A DNA stretch of 64,000 nucleotides from Octopus sinensis (GCF_006345805.1 NC_043007.1:19654001-19718000), one strand, 5' to 3'. Shown: positions 39,368 to 50,950, numbered from the stretch's first letter. Notes: a model not told the origin generated them from the letters alone. Program-made: numbers and translations.

Positions 39368-40941
39368 AGAGATTGGTGGTTTCATGTTGCCTCTCTTCAG
39401 ATATTTCTTAGAGAAAAACAATCTTGTCAGCTGGATACAGGACAGGTGCACAAACACACCTGCCTGAAAAATCCCAAATGCAATGAACTGGAACATCATT
39501 ATCATCATTGTTTAACGTCCGCTTTCCATGCTAGCATGGGTTGGACGATTTGACTGAGGACTGGTGAACCAGAGGGCTGCACCAGGCTCTAACCTGATCT
39601 GGCAGAGTTTCTACAGCTGGATGCCCTTCCTAACGCCAACCACTCTGAGAGTGTAGTGGGTGCTTTTTACGTGCCACCGGCACGAGGGCCAGTTTGGTGG
39701 TACTGGCTACAGCCAAGCCCAAATGGTACTTTTTGTGTGCCACCTGCACAGGAGCCAGTCCAGCGGCACTGGTGAATTCCTCGCTCGAATGTTTCACGTG
39801 CCACCAGCACAAGTGCTAGTAAGGTGATGCGGTAACAATCACGCTTGAATGGTGTGCTTAACATGCCATCGGCACGAAGGCCAGCTTGTTGCTCTGGCAA
39901 CAATCTCACACCTCTACCATATTTCTCCAGAATGGTTCCTCTCATTTTGGCAGCTTGCATATCCACAACAACAACAACAGCAGCAATAACGACAATGATA
40001 GGAAAAAGACAGGTAAGATGGGTTGTTACTTACCCAGGCCAAGTTCCATTTCACCTGCCTCCAAAGAGAAGAGAGGGCCAACCCCTGGAACGGTACAACC
40101 ACTGAGACTAAGGCCAATGGTACCTGCATATGAGACAGAATAACACAAAACAGTGAAAGGTCAATGGTAGTGAGAGACGGTGATGGTGATGGTGATGATG
40201 GGGTTGGTGGTGGTGAGTGCTTCTGATAGTGAAGACGAAGTGATGATAGTGAAGACGAAGTGATGATAGTGTCGGGGTGTAAAATGGATTAGTTGGTGGT
40301 GGTGGTGTAGCTGTTGACATGATGTAGTAGTAGTAGTAATGGTGGTGGTGATGGTGGTGGTAGTAGTAGTAGTAGTCCTACTGGTGGTGGTGGTGGTGGT
40401 GGTGATAGTGCTGATAGTAGTAGTAATGGTGGTGTTAGTAGTAGTAGTAGTGCTGGTGGTAGTGATGGTGGTGTTAGTAGTAGTAGTAGTAGTCCTACTG
40501 GTGGTGGTGGTGGTGGTAGTAGTGGTAGTAGTAGTGCTGGTGGTGGTGGTGGTGATAGTAGTAGTAATGGTGGTGGTGGTGGTGGTAGTGGTAGTAGTAG
40601 TGCTGGTGGTGGTGATGGTGGTGATAGTAGTAGTAATGGTGGTGGTGGTGGTGGTGGTGGTAGTAGTAGTAGTAGTGCTGGTGGTGGTGGTGATAGTAGT
40701 AGTAATGGTGGTGGTGATAGTAGCAGTAGTAGTAGAACTGCTGGTGGTTGTGGTGATGGTGGTGATAGTGGTGGTGGTAGTAGTAATAGTAGTAGTAGTA
40801 GTAGTAGCAGCAGCAGCAGCCAGTACTCACAGATGCACTTGAGTACATCCCGACAGACAGTTGTAATCTCAGCCAGACTCCTGCCTTCTTCTGCCATGGC
40901 ACCAGCAATCTGTGGAATTGGTAAGATAAAGAGAGAGAGAT

Positions 40942-40974
<33 letters not shown>

Positions 40975-43900
40975 AGAGAAAGACAAAAATGACAGCCTAC
41001 CCCCCTCTGCACCGTATTCCTATAGACACAATCTACAGTGAAAAAATGGAAAGGCTAGGAAGTGGAGGTGGTCATCATATTACTGTTGTTTTTGCTCTGG
41101 TGGTGGTCATGGGCAGATTGGTGTTGGTTTTGATCTTTCAGCTCAACACTACACTGGATCACTATGCTGTTGTTGTTGTTGTTGTTAAGCAAAAAGACGG
41201 GTAAGGGTGATTAGTTGATGGTCTAGGGCTTAGGGGCGGGAGACCCCAGACCTTGGAAAAAAAAAAGAAAAACTTTGGTCGTCTTGTTGTAGTCGAGGGC
41301 TCTTCGTTGACGCCCGACACCACTGGGAGGTGGCCCTTGAAGTTGCTGGAAATGGAGATCTCCAGGTCCAAATTCACTATGCTGGATCATACTGTAATCA
41401 GGGCTAGCTGAAGATACCCGCAACACAGATAATCACCTGGGGTACCAGGTGATTACAGGTGTCACATCATGTATTTACTAAAAAAAAAATGGTGATAAGA
41501 CACAGAAAGCTCTAGTTTTCTTTTATTATTTTCCTACAAAAGCTTGGTCGGTCGGTAGGCTGGTCGGTCGGTTGACTGGTCCATCAGTTGGTCAGTCCAT
41601 CTATCCATCCACCATTCTTTGCTCACTATTCCTGGTAGGGACATGAAGGTTGATTCCCCCAGCTACTGCCTTCATAGGGTCCTATCAGAAGCAAAAGTCT
41701 TAACATTTCTTAGGCTCAGGAGTGGTTGTGTGGTAAGTAGCTTGCTTACAAACTACTTGGTTCCGGGTTCATTCCCACTGCTTGGCACCTTGGGCAAGTA
41801 CCTTCTACAATAGTCAAACCAAATCGTCCAACCCATGCTAGCATGGAAAGCGGATGTTGAACGACGCCGACGATGATGATGATTTATTTTTTAAATGACT
41901 CCTTCGTGGTTCACTTCCTATGCATTATTCTGTGAACTGTCTATGTTTGCCACTAGACTTTGAATGGAGAATGCAGCAATGTGCTGCCACAGTGCATATC
42001 CCCACATTTGACCTGACCTGACCTGACACCCAACAATTTAACTTTTTCATGCAAATTACAATTGCCATATGACCTCTATAATTGTTCATTTGTTAGAAAT
42101 AGCAACCAAATCTTTTTCCAGAATTGTTAAGGATTAAATCGTTTAACCCTACAATCTCTCTCTCTCTCACTCGCGTTCCCTACCTCTCCCTCTCAGGTGG
42201 CATAAATTTTCACCTCGTCTTTAATCGACAGACAACCCCAGAAATGTGCCAAAAATATCTGAGCATCACAAATAGGGGACACCAAGAATTTGGTAGTAAC
42301 CGTCTTTTTTAGAAGAATACAGCACTACATCATCGATCACTTCCTTATTTGAAAGAATAGGGTGTAATTCAAGAGAGATTTGGCTGCTATTACTAGCAGG
42401 TTGGCCTATCCCATATAGGCCTGTGTTAAGTTAGACGGCCGTATTTTATTGTATTATGTTACACAGTGCATGTCTTGTATTAAATTGTGCTGTGTTGTGC
42501 ATTTGAGGGAGACTCGTCTGCTGTTTCTAAAAGTTTGGGTATGTTCACTATTGCATTGTAATAAACTTTATTTAATATTGTATCGTAATACACTGCAGTA
42601 CAAATGCAAAAAGCAGTGCATACAACCTCACACAACCAACCAACAAAGCTAAAGCAAGTTAATGCATATACAAAGGGACATAATTGGTTTATAAAGTATC
42701 AATCATCTCCCTTTATTAGCAAACTTTTTTTCTCTCCAATTATTGTTTTAAGTTTTGACACAAGGCCAGCAATTTTAGCAGGGTTAGTCGACTAAATCGC
42801 CTCCAGTACTTGAAAGCTATTGTATTTTATCGACTTCGAAAGGGTGAGCGGTAAAGTGTAAAGAGCTGGGAGAAGTGACGCCGAGCATTATGTCTGACAC
42901 GCTGCTAACACAAACGGAATCAATATGTTCTTTTCTACTCTAGGCACATGGCTCGAAATTTTTGAGGAGGGGTCCAGTCGATTAGATCGACCCCAGTACG
43001 TAACTGGTACTTAATTTATCGACCCCGAAAGGATGAAAGGCAAAATCGACCTCGGCGGAATTTGAACTCAGAACGTAACGGCAGACGAAATACCTATTTC
43101 TTTACTACCCACAAGGGGCTAAATACAGAGAGGACAAACAATGATAGACAAACGGATTAAGTCGATTATATCGACCCCTAGGGCATAACTGGTACTTATT
43201 TAATCGACCCCGAAAGGATGAAAGGCAAAGTCGACCTTGGCGGAATTTGAACTCAGAACGTAACGGCAGACGAAATACCTATTTCTTTACTGCCCACAAG
43301 GGGCTAAACACAAAGGGGACAAACAAGGACAGACAAACGGGTTAAGCCATTTATATCGACCCCAGTTCGTAACTGGTACTTATTTAATCGACCCCGAAAG
43401 GATGAAATAACATGTGAGGGCATGCTGAAAAGTTCCTGGCTTTGGGTAAAAGAAAAGACAAGAAGACCAGTTAACTAAGATCTTTTTCAACATATTCCCC
43501 ACTCAGATTCACACAGTTATTGCAGTGGTCCTCCAGTTTTTCTAAGCCCTGTAAAAGAACTCATAAGGTTGGGCCCCCAACCAGGCCTTTCACAATACAG
43601 TAACTTATCAGTTATATTATCAACAATATATATGTTGTTGTTAGTTTAGTATCAAAATGGGCAAACCAGACATTTAATATATGTCCTATTATCCCATTTT
43701 GAGACTAAGGCAATGGCACACACACACACACACGCACACATGCATGCATGCACACATGATGTGCTTCCACACAGTTTCCGTCTTTTAATCCTACTCACAA
43801 GGCATTGGCTGGCCTGAAGCTATACTAGAATTCAATTGCAAAAGATGCCAAGCCATAGATCTTAACGCAGGGTCATGTAGGTGCAAAGTGAGCTATGCAA

Positions 43901-46900
43901 TCACATAGCCATGCCAGCCATGCCAATCATGCCTGAGTATAAAATATATTATCATAATTTTAATTTCCCCCTCAAAATGTTTTATTGATACTGTTAAAAT
44001 TCTAATTATTAATAATGAATTATTTTCATAATATATTAGTAAACCAAATGAAACTAAATCTAATCCTAAACTACAAAGATGATGATTTTGATGATGACAA
44101 TGATGAGAGTTATGATGGTGGTGGTGGTGGTAACAAAATGGCAAAGTCTACCTTCATCACCAGTATGCTTCCACAAAGTCCTCTCCGTCCGGCAGATCGA
44201 GTGTTGGAGGTAGATGCACAATCCTCACCAATGATGACCGAATCCAAGCTGACCTTTGGCCACTGACTTCGGCAGTTCTCCAGGGACAAACCAAAATTCA
44301 GGCGGTCACCAGTGTAGTTGAGAAGCAAAAGGAGGCAGCCACCTGTTAAAGAAGACAACAGCAATAACAACAACCACATCAGCAAATCTATTTTCACATT
44401 GTGCCAAACGGAAGCACTCACTTGATCATTGGAAGAAATTTTGTAGCAATATTTAACGCAAAATTAAGGGTTCCACTTATACCTGAATCTACATGAGTAT
44501 ATACATTATGTATAGAGGTTAGAAAAGCGACGAGGGTGCTGACTAGAACTGCTTATGCTAAAATAACAGTTAAATTAACTCCAAATCCATTAAAGCACTA
44601 TACTTAATGACTGACAAAAGGAGCTAAGTCTCCAGCGTATATAGCCATATCGCGATTTCAAATTTTGTGTGTAGACCACCTTAATTCTTGTCAGCAGCTC
44701 TTAATGCCTAGGGTTAAACTCAATTTTCTTTGTGAATCTTATAAGAAAAACTGCAGAAAACATATACTGAATTTCAAACAATAAATTATAAAGAACGGCT
44801 TATTAGTAATTAGAACAAAAGTGACAATTGATGCACTATACTTAATGAGTGACAATCATTAATAAATGTCAGTCGTTATGTATTGGGCTGAAGTGGCTTT
44901 AGAGTTAATTTAAGTCTTATTTTAGCATAAGCGGTGCTAGTCAGTACCCGTCATCACTTTTGTGGCCTCTGTTAATTTTTTTCCTTTAGGTTCTAATTGC
45001 TAATAAGCACCTGTTTAATTTGTTGTGTATCATGAATATATTTACCTGCGGTGAGCTGGCAGAAACGTTAGCATGCCGGGCGAAATGCTTAGCAGTATTT
45101 CGTCTGCCGCTACGTTCTGAGTTCAAATTCCGCCAAGGCCTTTCATCCTTTCGGGGTCGATTAAATAAGTACCAGTTACGCACTGGGGTCGATATAATCG
45201 ACTTAATCCGTTTGTCTGTCCCTGTTTGTCCTCTCTGTGTTTAGCCCCTTGTGGGTAGTAAAGAAATAGGTATTTCGTTTGCCGTTACGTTCTGAGTTCA
45301 AATTCCGCCGAGGTCGACTTTGCCTTTCATCCTTTCAGGATCAATAAATAAAGTACCAGTTTCGCACTGGGTCGATGTAATCAACTTAATCCCTTTTTCT
45401 GTCCTTGTTTGTCCCCTCTATGTTTAGCCCCTTGTGGGTAGTAAAGAAATATATATTTACCTTTAGATTCTGGTGTACAGATGGCATTGATAGCAGCACT
45501 GATGCTCATTGGTGGAGGTGATGTGAAAACAGGGCCAGAAACTGAGGCACTGAGGAGTCCTTCACCAACGTAACCTGGAAGGAATAACAGAAATATAGAA
45601 ACTTAGAGTCGTGTTTGTGTGTATGTGTGTGTGCGTGCACGTATGTGTGTGCGTGGGTGTGTATGTGTGTGTATGTGTGCATGCACATATGTGTGTGCAT
45701 GTACATATGTGTGTGCATGGGTGTGTATGTGTGTGTGTATGTATGTGTGTGCGAGCTGGCAGAACCATTAGCACGCCGGGCGAAATTCGTAGCCGTATTT
45801 CCTCTGCCATTACATTCTGAGTTCAAATTCCGCCGAGGTCGACTTTGCCTTTCATCCTTTCGGGGTCGATAAATAAAGTGCCAGTTGCGCTCTGGGGTCG
45901 ATGTAATCGACTTAATATCTTTGTCCTTGTTTGTCCCCTCTATGTTTAGCCCCTTGTGGGTAGTAAAGAAATGTGTATGTGTGTGTGTGTGTGTGTGTAC
46001 ACATGTGTGTGGGCGTGGGTGGGTGTGTATGTGTGTGTGTGTGGGTGTGTATGTGTGTGTGTGTGCACATATGTGTGTGCATGGGTGTGTGTGTGTGCAC
46101 ATATGTGTGTGTGTGTGGATTCTTTCGTCGTGATCAACAAATGAGGGTTCAGTAAAATAAAGCGTTAATCTTGTTCTATGGACACGAATGTGTCTCTCAA
46201 GGCCCGCTGAAACAAGTAATGGTGGGGGTTGGGATAGGGGCATGTGTGTGTGTGTGTATACAAAGACGTTGCTGGGTAAAAAAAATGGGTCCAGAATGCC
46301 AGTGGTGCATTTTCCCTAATTGACAATGTGGAGAAAAAAGGGGTGGAGAGGCTACGAAAGATTGTTTTATGTGGAAAATGAGCAGAAAGAAGGGAATCAA
46401 CAAGAAATGAACGAGAGCGTAGAAGCCCTTAACAGGGTCCACTGAGGTGAAATTCATCTGTTATTCCCATTCGTCACCGCTGGGATGATTGTCGCACCCC
46501 CCTTTTATATATATATTGGGTTTTCAAATACAGCACATCCAAAGGAGATGTCATCTCTGGATGAATAAAACAGTAAATTGCCTTGCAATGATGTATTCAT
46601 ATTAACCCTTTAGCGTTTAAGTAGGTCATATCTGGCCAAAATGTTCGACCTGCTTTATGCTCAAGCCAACCAGATCTGGCCTTTCAGACATACATTACAA
46701 TGTCATTCTGAAAAGAAACAATCACATCATTGAAATCTTGATGCGATGAAATAATGCAAGATTAATTTAAAACAAAGCGAATAAATAGGCGCAGGAGTGG
46801 CTGTGTGGTAAGTAGCTTGCTAACCAACCACATGGTTCCGGGTTCAGTCCCACTGCGTGGCATCTTGGGCAAGTGTCTTCTGCTATAGCCCTGGGCCGAC

Positions 46901-49392
46901 CAATGCCTTGTGAGTGGATTTGGTAGACGGAAACTGAAAGAAGCCTGTTGTATATATGTATATAAATATATTTATGTGTGTGTGTGTGTTTGTGTGTCTG
47001 TGTTTGTCCCCCTAGCATTGCTTGACAACCGATACTGGTGTGTTTATGTTCCCGTCACTTAGCGGTTCGGTAAAAGAGACCGATAGAATAAGTACTGGGC
47101 TTACAAAAGAATAAGTCCCGGGGTCGAGTTGCTCGATTAAAGGCGGTGCTCCAGCATGGCCGCAGTCAAATGACTGAAACAAGTAAAAGAGAGAAAGAGC
47201 TGGCTATCCTCATCTCATACTATGTCTATTGCTTGTGATGGATTTTATTTCCGCTGGGCAGCTTTTCACAGTATCAGTGAATGCTTCAGTTACTCTCTTT
47301 ATTAGGAGTGACAAACTTCATATGAGCATGTGTCTGATTGTGAGTGCAAATCCATTGACAAGGCACAGCGAGGCCAAAATGCATGTGACATTCATGTGAG
47401 CAGCTACTGGGACGAGCTTTTGTCTGCCTCTCATATCTTTTATCTTTTACTTGTTCCAGTCATTAGACTGCGGCCAAGCTGGGGCACTGCCTTCAAGAAC
47501 TGTTAGTCAAATGAATCGACCCCAGTATTTATTTTCCGCCTAAGCTTCATACTCGTTCTATTGGTCCTCTTTTGCCAAACTGCTAAGTTACAGGGACATA
47601 AACACACCAACACTGAATGTCAAGCAGTGGGGAATGACAAACACAAAGACACATACACACACACACGTATGCACATGCATGCACTCTCTCTCTCAAAAAC
47701 ACATACATTTCCTTTAGTTCCGTCTACCAAATCCACTCATAAGGCTTTAGTCAGCATTAGGCTATGGTAATCGATATTTGTCCAAGGTTCCACCCAAACT
47801 TGCATGATTTAGAAGCCTGCTTCTGAACCACACAGCCATGTCTGCGCCTGTATTCTGTTATAATTCTCTTCAATTATAATTCCATTCACATCTTAAATGC
47901 ATTATATCATCATCATCATCATCATCGTTTAACGTCCACCTTCCATGCTAGCATGGGTTGGACGATTTGACTGAGGACTGGCGAACCAGATGGCTGCACC
48001 AGGCTCCAGTCTGATCTGGCAGAGTTTCTACAGCCTGATGCCCTTCATAATGCCAACCACTCTGAGAGTGTAGTGGGTGCTTTTACATGCCACTGGCACG
48101 AGGGCCAGTCTGGCGGCACTGGCAACGGCCACACTCAAATAGTGTTTTTTATGTGCCACCTGCACAGGAGTCAGTCCAGCGGTACTGGCAATGACCTCGC
48201 TCAAAATAAATCAGTTCTATAATTTCATTGGTACTTTAATTTATGAAACTTAGATGGATGAAAGGTAAAGTTGACCTCGGCAGAATTTGAACTCAGAACG
48301 TAATGGGATGCAACTTAATAATATTACAATGCCCTTAGACCAGCACCATGGCGTGTCTTTCACTTCACTGTCATAACTCACATAAACCACAACTCACATT
48401 AGTAATAAAGTAGGTTTGGGGTTACGAATAAATTAACTGTGTTTGTGTGTCATTGACATTCAAAATAACTTCTTTTTTTTTATCAACATCTCAACCATAA
48501 CTAAATCTGTCTACACAGCAATCTGTTGCTCGTCACCCTTGCTAGAAATAACAGCCAGATCCCTCTCGAATTACACTCTGCAGTTTCGAAAGGAGAAAGA
48601 CAGGATCTTTTCGGTTTGAATGGCAGTCATATGAAATTGTCACCCATAATTATGACCCTAGTATCGATCTATTGCATTTCAATCTGTTTTAGGGTTAGGG
48701 GTGGGGGGAAGGATATCTTTTTTTTCTTCAGAAATGTAAATAAACCCAATCTGTTTCTCAATGTTTTCACCTCAATAGACGTCATTGATTGGTTGAAATT
48801 GCAGAAATTGAAGAAAAAAAACAACAACAAATATCTTACAAACTATAGAATTTTCTCAATAAAGCCAAGAGAAAAAGATGTTTTATTTTGACACATTCTA
48901 CCAGTATACGAAGTTTAAAAGTGTTTAGTTACATGGAAATTATTTAAAAAAACTGCCGGTCAAACAGAAAAGATCCGTGACAACTACTCGTCTCAGAAAG
49001 ACGAGATACAAACTGCATTCTGGAAGAAATCAAGAAATTAAAGCTGCAAAGGAGGTAAACGATGACCTCAAACACACAGGCACCCACCCACCCGTGCATG
49101 CTTACATACATACATATACTGTTGTGTCTGGAGAGAGTCATTCTGTCTTTACGCCTTGTTAACTTACACACCCACCGGTTCGATTTCTACTCTATTTATT
49201 TATTTCTTTATTCGTGTATTTTTTTCTTCCAGAATTTTCGTTGCTTCTTGCAACCTCGATAGACGTTGACTCTCTCCGTTATCGGAGCTGCGTTCCTTTT
49301 GCTTGTTTGTTTGTGCGCATGTGTGCGTCAGTGTGCATGTGTATACACACGTGTATGTGCGTGTATGCATATATGTATGTATGTGTGCGTGA

Positions 49393-49448
<56 letters not shown>

Positions 49449-49653
49449 GTGTATGTATTCTGCTCATTCGTGTTTTTGTGTTTGTATGTGTTTCTGTGTT
49501 TCTGTGATTATGTACGTGCGTTTGTTGTGTATGGATGTGTGACTTTGTGTGTATACGGTCGTGTGTGTGTGTGCAAACAAGATACAAAAACGAAGTATAT
49601 ATACGTGTGTGTGTGTGTGCATGCGTGTGTGAAAATCAGCTACAAAAACGATG

Positions 49654-49694
<41 letters not shown>

Positions 49695-50122
49695 ATGTGT
49701 GTGTGTGTATTATTTGTCGCCAAAACAACTGCACATGGCGAGAAACGGTTGAGCAGCGATGGAGTGAATTAGTTAATGTTTACAAATAAACTCTCTTCCA
49801 TGTTACTGACAACTCTTTCCCTCGGCTGTAACCAGAAAACGACACCCTTAAACATCACATTCGCTCACCTACACACACGAGAGAGAGAGAAAGAAGGAGA
49901 TAGGGGGTTGGGCTTACCTGCAAAGGCGGGTTCGTGACCCGAGCCACCGCCACACAGCAATGTTACTTTACCCTGCTCAATAACCTTCTTTACATCCGCC
50001 CTCACAACGACACGATGCGGTCCCTCCAGCAGCCTTTGTCCTGGGTGGACACTTACTTGACCGGCCAGATGGTCATCGACGCAAGTATCAAAGGAGTTGA
50101 GAAAATAAATGTTGGTCGCCAT
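22425..50122 (-). CDS. TKFC: Triokinase/FMN cyclase (dihydroxyacetone kinase, DhaK+DhaL fusion), complete 16-exon gene, 592 aa
   Basis: Hand-assembled exons 49918-50122, 45461-45574, 44152-44342, 40831-40909, 40034-40123, 39192-39226, 36299-36383, 32966-33055, 32365-32484, 31229-31363, 29743-29877, 28355-28473, 27418-27530, 25933-25966, 23440-23526, 22425-22571. All GT-AG, phases match, total 1779 nt from ATG to TGA. DAK motifs [68 protein letters not shown] are in the expected order. Confidence 0.96.
23179..23214 (+). ncRNA. Minimal type I hammerhead-like motif (variant core), antisense in TKFC intron 15
   Basis: CTTT-CTGTAGA-A-GAGC atag ACTC-AAAA-CGTA-AAAG; same family as 35450-35485; core G12 is mutated here. 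Confidence 0.45.
23440..23526 (-). CDS. TKFC: TKFC exon 15 ([29 protein letters not shown])
   Basis: atccag acceptor, gtaagc donor, 87 nt. Confidence 0.9.
24472..25546 (-). mobile_element. 5'-truncated RTE-clade LINE (ORF2 C-terminus, 3' UTR, (GAT)n tail)
   Basis: Open frame [25 protein letters not shown]...[12 protein letters not shown]...[13 protein letters not shown]...; 3' end CCAACCCATGCTAGCATGGAAAACGGACGCTAAA(TGA)n. The same tail recurs near 36130, 39500, 41820, 47905 and 54590. Confidence 0.9.
25933..25966 (-). CDS. TKFC: TKFC exon 14 ([11 protein letters not shown])
   Basis: ttacag acceptor, gtgagt donor, 34 nt, phase 2-0. Confidence 0.92.
27418..27530 (-). CDS. TKFC: TKFC exon 13 ([13 protein letters not shown]...LETIQ)
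   Basis: tttcag acceptor, gtaggt donor, 113 nt. Confidence 0.92.
28355..28473 (-). CDS. TKFC: TKFC exon 12 (...CMGGTSGA)
   Basis: catcag acceptor, gtgagt donor, 119 nt. Confidence 0.93.
29420..29735. repeat. Degenerate minisatellite (AGAATGTGAACAG core x5) in GA-rich DNA beside the TKFC exon 11 donor
   Basis: Five visible copies of the core separated by GA tracts. Confidence 0.7.
29743..29877 (-). CDS. TKFC: TKFC exon 11 ([22 protein letters not shown])
   Basis: ttgcag acceptor, gtaagt donor, 135 nt, DhaL GDGDCG motif. Confidence 0.94.
30482..31050 (+). mobile_element. Internally deleted mariner with both TIRs and TA target duplication
   Basis: TA-TTGGGTTGTCTGGAAAGTTTGTGCCGAT ... ATCGGCACGAACTTTCCGGACAACCCAA-TA; ORF remnant [37 protein letters not shown]. 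Confidence 0.9.
31229..31363 (-). CDS. TKFC: TKFC exon 10 ([10 protein letters not shown] + interdomain linker)
   Basis: tcccag acceptor, gtaagt donor, 135 nt. Confidence 0.9.
31455..31815. repeat. (CAC)n microsatellite in TKFC intron 9
   Basis: Direct inspection. Confidence 0.95.
32365..32484 (-). CDS. TKFC: TKFC exon 9 ([22 protein letters not shown]...)
   Basis: tcacag acceptor, gtaagt donor, 120 nt. Confidence 0.93.
32966..33055 (-). CDS. TKFC: TKFC exon 8 ([18 protein letters not shown]...)
   Basis: tttcag acceptor, gtaagt donor, 90 nt. Confidence 0.93.
35450..35485 (+). ncRNA. Minimal type I hammerhead-like motif (variant core), antisense in TKFC intron 7
   Basis: CTTT-CTGTGGA-A-GAGC atag GCTC-GAAA-TGTA-AAAG: stems I and II pair, GAAA intact, position 6 is U instead of A. 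Confidence 0.5.
36299..36383 (-). CDS. TKFC: TKFC exon 7 ([28 protein letters not shown])
   Basis: tttcag acceptor, gtgagt donor, 85 nt, MLDHM motif. Confidence 0.9.
36686..37230 (+). mobile_element. SINE family B interrupted by a hairpin-containing insert (about 36870-37015)
   Basis: Head and body separated by non-SINE sequence within the internal TA tract. Confidence 0.75.
37245..38620 (-). mobile_element. Degenerate non-LTR (Tx1/L1-like) ORF1 remnant with a zinc knuckle, split by a SINE
   Basis: [38 protein letters not shown] (CX2CX4HX4C with a +1 frameshift), then a poly-Q, P/T-rich tract and [12 protein letters not shown]. Confidence 0.65.
37847..38224 (-). mobile_element. SINE family A (tail type 2) with a 12-bp TSD
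   Basis: Head at 38224; CCAACAACAAGA on both flanks (minus strand). Confidence 0.85.
38985..39122 (+). mobile_element. Probable Penelope-like pLTR repeat containing a degenerate type I hammerhead (39028-39073)
   Basis: GACAC-CTGATGA-agcctg...cagcc-AAAAT-GTT-GTGTT: stem I GACAC/GTGTT and CUGAUGA intact, GAAAC mutated. Confidence 0.55.
39192..39226 (-). CDS. TKFC: TKFC exon 6 ([12 protein letters not shown]; catalytic His)
   Basis: actcag acceptor, gtaaga donor, 35 nt, matches the G-I/L-H-G-E motif carrying the hemiaminal-forming His. Confidence 0.93.
39500..39900 (-). mobile_element. RTE-type 3' UTR/tail fragment
   Basis: Same tail and GTGCCACCGGCAC repeats as 24472-24900; similar copy 47905-48210. 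Confidence 0.7.
40034..40123 (-). CDS. TKFC: TKFC exon 5 ([13 protein letters not shown]...EMELGL)
   Basis: atgcag acceptor, gtaagt donor, 90 nt. Confidence 0.93.
40320..40822. repeat. (GTG/GTA)n microsatellite filling TKFC intron 4
   Basis: Direct inspection; starts within 10 nt of the exon 4 donor. Confidence 0.95.
40831..40909 (-). CDS. TKFC: TKFC exon 4 ([26 protein letters not shown])
   Basis: ccacag acceptor, gtgagt donor, 79 nt. Confidence 0.92.
42950..43410 (-). mobile_element. Tandem array of SINE family C units
   Basis: Reverse-complement repeated body units. Confidence 0.8.
44152..44342 (-). CDS. TKFC: TKFC exon 3 ([11 protein letters not shown]...[14 protein letters not shown])
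   Basis: taacag acceptor, gtagac donor, 191 nt, phase 1-0. Confidence 0.95.
44514..44969. mobile_element. MITE with ~70-bp imperfect terminal inverted repeats
   Basis: AAAAGCGACGAGGGTGCTGACTAGAACTGCTTATGCTAAAATAA... versus ...TTATTTTAGCATAAGCGGTGCTAGTCAGTACCCGTCATCACTTTT. Confidence 0.65.
45048..45450 (+). mobile_element. Tandem SINE family C abutting the TKFC exon 2 donor
   Basis: Two body units; another copy at 45752-45972 on the other side of exon 2. Confidence 0.8.
45461..45574 (-). CDS. TKFC: TKFC exon 2 ([21 protein letters not shown]...)
   Basis: ttccag acceptor, gtaaat donor, 114 nt, phase 1-1. Confidence 0.93.
46788..47195 (+). mobile_element. SINE family B, full length
   Basis: Complete head-body-tail. 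Confidence 0.85.
47435..47848 (-). mobile_element. SINE family B, diverged, inverted relative to 46788-47195
   Basis: Reverse-complement family-B motifs. Confidence 0.75.
49918..50122 (-). CDS. TKFC: TKFC coding exon 1 ([10 protein letters not shown]...[11 protein letters not shown])
   Basis: ATG at 50122, DhaK N-terminal motif, donor G|gtaagc, phase 1. Confidence 0.93.
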
Positions 50123-50605
50123 AGTCGACTAACAAGGCATGCAAACTAGTCACACCAGCTCGATTCAACCGTAAACCTGTCGCCAAACTTCTTCGTGGCT
50201 GATGTCACCGCTCGGAGACGATGGAAGGAAGATAACTCCAACAGTTTTATTCTTCTTCAACGAATAAAGAATTCAAATTTTGGTACAAAGTCAGCTTTTT
50301 GGGGGTGAGGTGGGGGAGTAAGGCGCTTACATCGACCTCATATGCATGTATATATGTATATTTATGTATGTATGTATACTCTTTTACTCTTTTACTTGTT
50401 TCAGTCATTTGACTGCGGCCATGCTGGAGCACCGCCTTTAGTCGATCAAATCGACTCCGGGACTTATTCTTTTGTAAGCCTAGTACTTATTCTATCGGTC
50501 TCTTTTGCCGAACCGCTAAGTGACGGGGACGTAAACACACCAGCATCGGTTGTCAAGCAATGCTAGGGGGACAAACACAGACACACAAACACACACACAT
50601 ATATA

Positions 50606-50636
<31 letters not shown>

Positions 50637-50639
50637 GGA

Positions 50640-50950
50640 TGAAAGGTAAAGTCGACCTGGGCGCAGTTTGAACTCAGAACGTGAGGACGAACGAAATGTC
50701 GCTAGGCATTTCGTCCGGCGTGCTAACGACTCTTATTTCTTTATTGCCCGCAAAGGGCTTAACATAAGAGGGGACAAACAAGGACAGACAAAGAGATTAA
50801 GTCGATTACATCGACCCCAGTGCGTAACTGGTTCTTAATTTATCGAAAGGCAAAGTCGACCTCGGCGGAATTTGAACTCAGAACGTAGCGGCAAACGAAA
50901 TACGGCTAGGCATTTCGCCCGGCGTGCTAACGACTCTGCCAGCTTACCGC
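50640..50950 (-). mobile_element. SINE family C tandem upstream of TKFC
   Basis: Family-C head at about 50950, repeated body. Confidence 0.75.

Noticed and set aside
49228-49270. Hammerhead-like CUAUCGA...GUUGC/GCAAC-GAAA motif (related copy ~23735-23775)
   Set aside because: The core deviates at two conserved positions and no stem I could be formed; not counted.
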